Source of the DNA: a virus
Strand: one strand, 5' to 3'
Length of the DNA: 64,000 bases
Virus record (IMG/VR): IMGVR_UViG_3300047548_001271
Location: 64,001-128,000 of that record
The notes under the pieces are model-generated. The model made no database searches. It saw only the letters and a program-made list of their open reading frames with translations, and was not told the DNA's origin. Below, piece after piece: positions 61,393-64,000 of this stretch (the stretch's first letter is position 1; each line of letters starts with the position of its first letter). The translations under genes were made by a program, and so were the position numbers.

Positions 61393-62203
61393 AAAACTCC
61401 CATTCATTAGTTTTTTCATTATAAACTTCTACTATTTCTTTTGGGTTATGCAAAGATCCATGGGCACAACAGACTGCGTGTTCTGTGGCTGGGACGCTCG
61501 CCCCAACAAGCTCATTCTCAACATCAGCTTTATAATATTCTTCAAGAAATTCAATTGCTGTGATAGTGTCAGTCCCAGAAAATGAGAGCAAATGACCAGC
61601 ACCAGAGACAGAACCACTTTCTACAGAAGACATGCCCCTCATTGAGAAATCATGACCTTGCCAATCCACAAACGCCGGATTATCAGAAGTCTTATTCGCG
61701 TAGGAGTCAAGAACCTTTCTGTACTCATGAGCAATAGTTGCAGATGTAATTGCCTGCCAAATTACAGTTTGAGTTAGTGTTTCAACAAAATTTGTCAACC
61801 AGTAAAACTCTGGTTTTGTGTTGACAATTGTCATGAATGGAACACCTACTGGGCAGAGAGTTCCTTCTGGCAAAGCCTTGATTGACAACGGCAAATACTG
61901 GAGATCGTGCAGTGCGGCAATCCTTTCAGCATTCACTGATCCTTTACCAAGAGTATTGTCCATCATCCGCAAAAACTTGTTTACAACAACTTCTTTTGGT
62001 TGACTGAAAAACTCTTTGTCAAATCTATCTACGAGGTATTCTTTCACTAGATATTGAAGACCGAAAACAACAACCTCGTTAACGCCGCTCAACCTCGAAG
62101 ATCGTGGCGTGGTATTTGAGTATACAAACTCAGTTCCTGGTGGATATTGATCTGGGTGGGATTGCTTGTAAAAGTCAGAGATAAACAATGGGAAGTTTTT
62201 CAT
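61376..62203 (-). CDS. NAMPT-like/Namat, N-terminal half
   Basis: DFYK.SH..QYP, FGLQY, HDFSMRG, GHLLSF.GTDT, SVPATEH. Confidence 0.9.
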   Translation of the reverse strand: MKNFPLFISDFYKQSHPDQYPPGTEFVYSNTTPRSSRLSGVNEVVVFGLQYLVKEYLVDRFDKEFFSQPKEVVVNKFLRMMDNTLGKGSVNAERIAALHDLQYLPLSIKALPEGTLCPVGVPFMTIVNTKPEFYWLTNFVETLTQTVIWQAITSATIAHEYRKVLDSYANKTSDNPAFVDWQGHDFSMRGMSSVESGSVSGAGHLLSFSGTDTITAIEFLEEYYKADVENELVGASVPATEHAVCCAHGSLHNPKEIVEVYNEKTNEWEFSKFVF

Positions 62204-63078
62204 TTTGAAATCCTTGAAAGAAAACAGAATTGTTTGGTACGCAAATTGTTCCAGCAGTAGATTGAATTATACCCGGAGTCTAAGACTATGTCAACACCTT
62301 TCGAGAAAATTCCATGGGAAACATAGAGATGAAGAGATTTAAAATTATCAAGTTTTTTAGCCACTTCGATGAATGTACGTCCACCATCGCAAATGTCATC
62401 AACTACAAGAATGTTTTTCCCTTTAGTTGAAACTTCATCAACCGGCTCTATCCCTAGAATATTACCAGTAGATTGATCTCTAACTTTTGAGAAGTGCAAG
62501 CTTTCAACTTGTTTAGCGAACTGCTCGTTTCTTATTTTTAAAAGAGTTTTGTATCTATCCATTGCTCCTTTATCTGGATAAATAACAATATCAATCTTTT
62601 CTTGTTCAATGATATGGTTAATTGTTCCTAGCGGTAGTTCATCTTTAAGTGTTACTCTTGATGTATCAATAAGACCCGAAAGAGCTTTAAAGTTATGCAC
62701 ATCAAAAGTTTTTAAAGAGGAAATTTTATTATTTAAAACATCGCACAATGTTTTTAAAGCAAAGCAACTATCATTTGAAACGCTCTTATCTTGTCTAGCA
62801 TATGGAAAATAGGGAACAGATAAATGTATCTCTGATTTTTCAATTGATTGAATAAGATCTATTAGCTGAAAAAGTTGAAAAACTTCAGCTTCAGATTCAA
62901 ACAACCAATCAACATTAACTTTTGAAGCCTCAATTGTTTGATAAGTATTATAAAACCCTCCGTTTAATATTACTTTTCTTTGCGTTGACTTGAGGATATC
63001 ATCGCTCAAATGCCAAATTTGAGATGTTCCATCTGGAAAAACTGTTGGAGTTACTACATAACCATTAACTAAAAACAT
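62200..63078 (-). CDS. ribose-phosphate pyrophosphokinase-like (Adps candidate)
   Basis: FPDG, PYFPYARQD, DVH, PDKGA, VVDDICDGGRTF, HGIFSKG. Confidence 0.88.
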   Translation of the reverse strand: MFLVNGYVVTPTVFPDGTSQIWHLSDDILKSTQRKVILNGGFYNTYQTIEASKVNVDWLFESEAEVFQLFQLIDLIQSIEKSEIHLSVPYFPYARQDKSVSNDSCFALKTLCDVLNNKISSLKTFDVHNFKALSGLIDTSRVTLKDELPLGTINHIIEQEKIDIVIYPDKGAMDRYKTLLKIRNEQFAKQVESLHFSKVRDQSTGNILGIEPVDEVSTKGKNILVVDDICDGGRTFIEVAKKLDNFKSLHLYVSHGIFSKGVDIVLDSGYNSIYCWNNLRTKQFCFLSRISK

Positions 63079-63336
63079 TTATTTTTTCCTTAAAAAATTC
63101 TTTATCGATGAAAACATTAATCCAAAAAACCAAACAAACGAGGAAAACACTAACACAAAAAACACAACAAATAAGTAAGCTATTAATAAAAATAAGAGCA
63201 AGGCGAAATCAAAATACAGAGGCAAAAATACAATCCAATAAGAAATATCTGTAAACCCAAATATTTTAGCAGTAAACATAATCAAAAAACATGCTATTGG
63301 TATTGAATACGGCATTGATTCTGACTTATTTTTCAT
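63079..63336 (-). CDS. small membrane protein
   Basis: K..G...ISYW.VFLPL and strong hydrophobicity. Confidence 0.6.
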   Translation of the reverse strand: MKNKSESMPYSIPIACFLIMFTAKIFGFTDISYWIVFLPLYFDFALLLFLLIAYLFVVFFVLVFSSFVWFFGLMFSSIKNFLRKK

Positions 63337-63998
63337 AATATTTTTCCATCAAGATCGTTTTTAGGTTGGCCATTTTTTGACCGAAGATTTCCATTAGCAT
63401 CAACCCAAAGATATCTATCCTTTAATCTTAATCTTCCTCCTCGCCAGTTGCCAGAGAGAAGTATATCATCGTTTGGCCCTAATGCAAGTGTATTTTGTGA
63501 ATTTCTCGAAAGCGTCACGTCATCGAAAGACAATACTTGACAACTTAGATCATTAATATGAGATCTTTGCATCCAATTATTATAGTTGTTTTTTGACGAC
63601 CTTTCGTATTCAGCCGCAGCTATCATATAATTGTCGCCGTTAGATCCTAGACTTGGTCCATCAATCCTTTTTTTACTGAATAATCTAGTGTTAAGTATAC
63701 TAGTATTAATACATGATTCACCCAAAAATATATCACATTTATTCGACTCAAAATATCCACTATTTAACATAGTCGCGGTGCATTGTTTAATTTCAAAACC
63801 ATTTAATTCGTTTTTTTCAGCTCCACATGAAATAAAATTACATGCGACTGAGCCGTTAACATAAAATCCAGTCTGATTAAAATTAGCAATACACTGCTCA
63901 AAGGTGTTATTATTTATACGTGGTGGCTCTTTGTCAATATCAACTGTTATGAAAAAAAATCCATATTTTGAGAATGAGCACTTAACATTTTTAAATAT
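63333..63998 (-). CDS. parallel beta-helix (tailspike-like) protein, 5' end outside window
   Basis: Frame stays open to the window end (…IFKNVKCSFSKYGF…NNNTFEQCIANFNQTGFYV…CNFISCGAEKN…); C-terminal LWVDANGNLR.K.G.P..D.DG. Confidence 0.7.
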   Translation of the reverse strand: MFKNVKCSFSKYGFFFITVDIDKEPPRINNNTFEQCIANFNQTGFYVNGSVACNFISCGAEKNELNGFEIKQCTATMLNSGYFESNKCDIFLGESCINTSILNTRLFSKKRIDGPSLGSNGDNYMIAAAEYERSSKNNYNNWMQRSHINDLSCQVLSFDDVTLSRNSQNTLALGPNDDILLSGNWRGGRLRLKDRYLWVDANGNLRSKNGQPKNDLDGKIL

Positions 63999-64000
63999 AG

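Noticed and set aside
60765-61440. Group I intron interrupting the NAMPT-like gene
   Set aside because: The HNH ORF is antisense and fills nearly the whole gap. No P7-type core or flanking structured sequence is visible, and both halves have their own start and stop.
1-64000. Alternative genetic code explaining the split genes
   Set aside because: Other conserved genes are full length in the standard code, no suppressor tRNA was found, and the fragments are separated by whole genes rather than in-frame stops

Overview
64 kb of a large, AT-rich, lytic-type dsDNA phage genome. Nearly all genes are on the minus strand and read in the standard code. In order along the window: (1) a replication block with a DnaE-type polymerase split over three ORFs plus a separate DnaQ-like exonuclease, primase, DnaB, RecA, dNMP kinase, PhoH and class I RNR; (2) an envelope/secreted block with an intein-interrupted papain-like protease, a thioredoxin and holin-like proteins; (3) glycosyltransferases, three of them in an inverted cassette; (4) a long accessory region (ThyX, macro domain, MazG-like, RNA ligase, SPFH, many tiny ORFs); (5) an RNA-gene region with most of the nine tRNAs and a very compact tmRNA; (6) a Prs-like/NAMPT-like (NARP1-type) NAD pair whose NAMPT-like gene is split by an antisense HNH gene; (7) the 3' part of a beta-helix protein. 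The best candidate for an undescribed system is at 53.4-56.9 kb. There, a Ro60/TROVE-like gene and a vWA gene are surrounded by five copies of an RNA internal-loop module (RAAA(Y) opposite UMACAGCA). Three copies are in 5' leaders, and two are circularly permuted copies that replace the anticodon loop of tRNA-shaped RNAs. A 6S-RNA-like element and other structured RNAs are also proposed. All calls come from manual motif reading; no database search or folding program was run.
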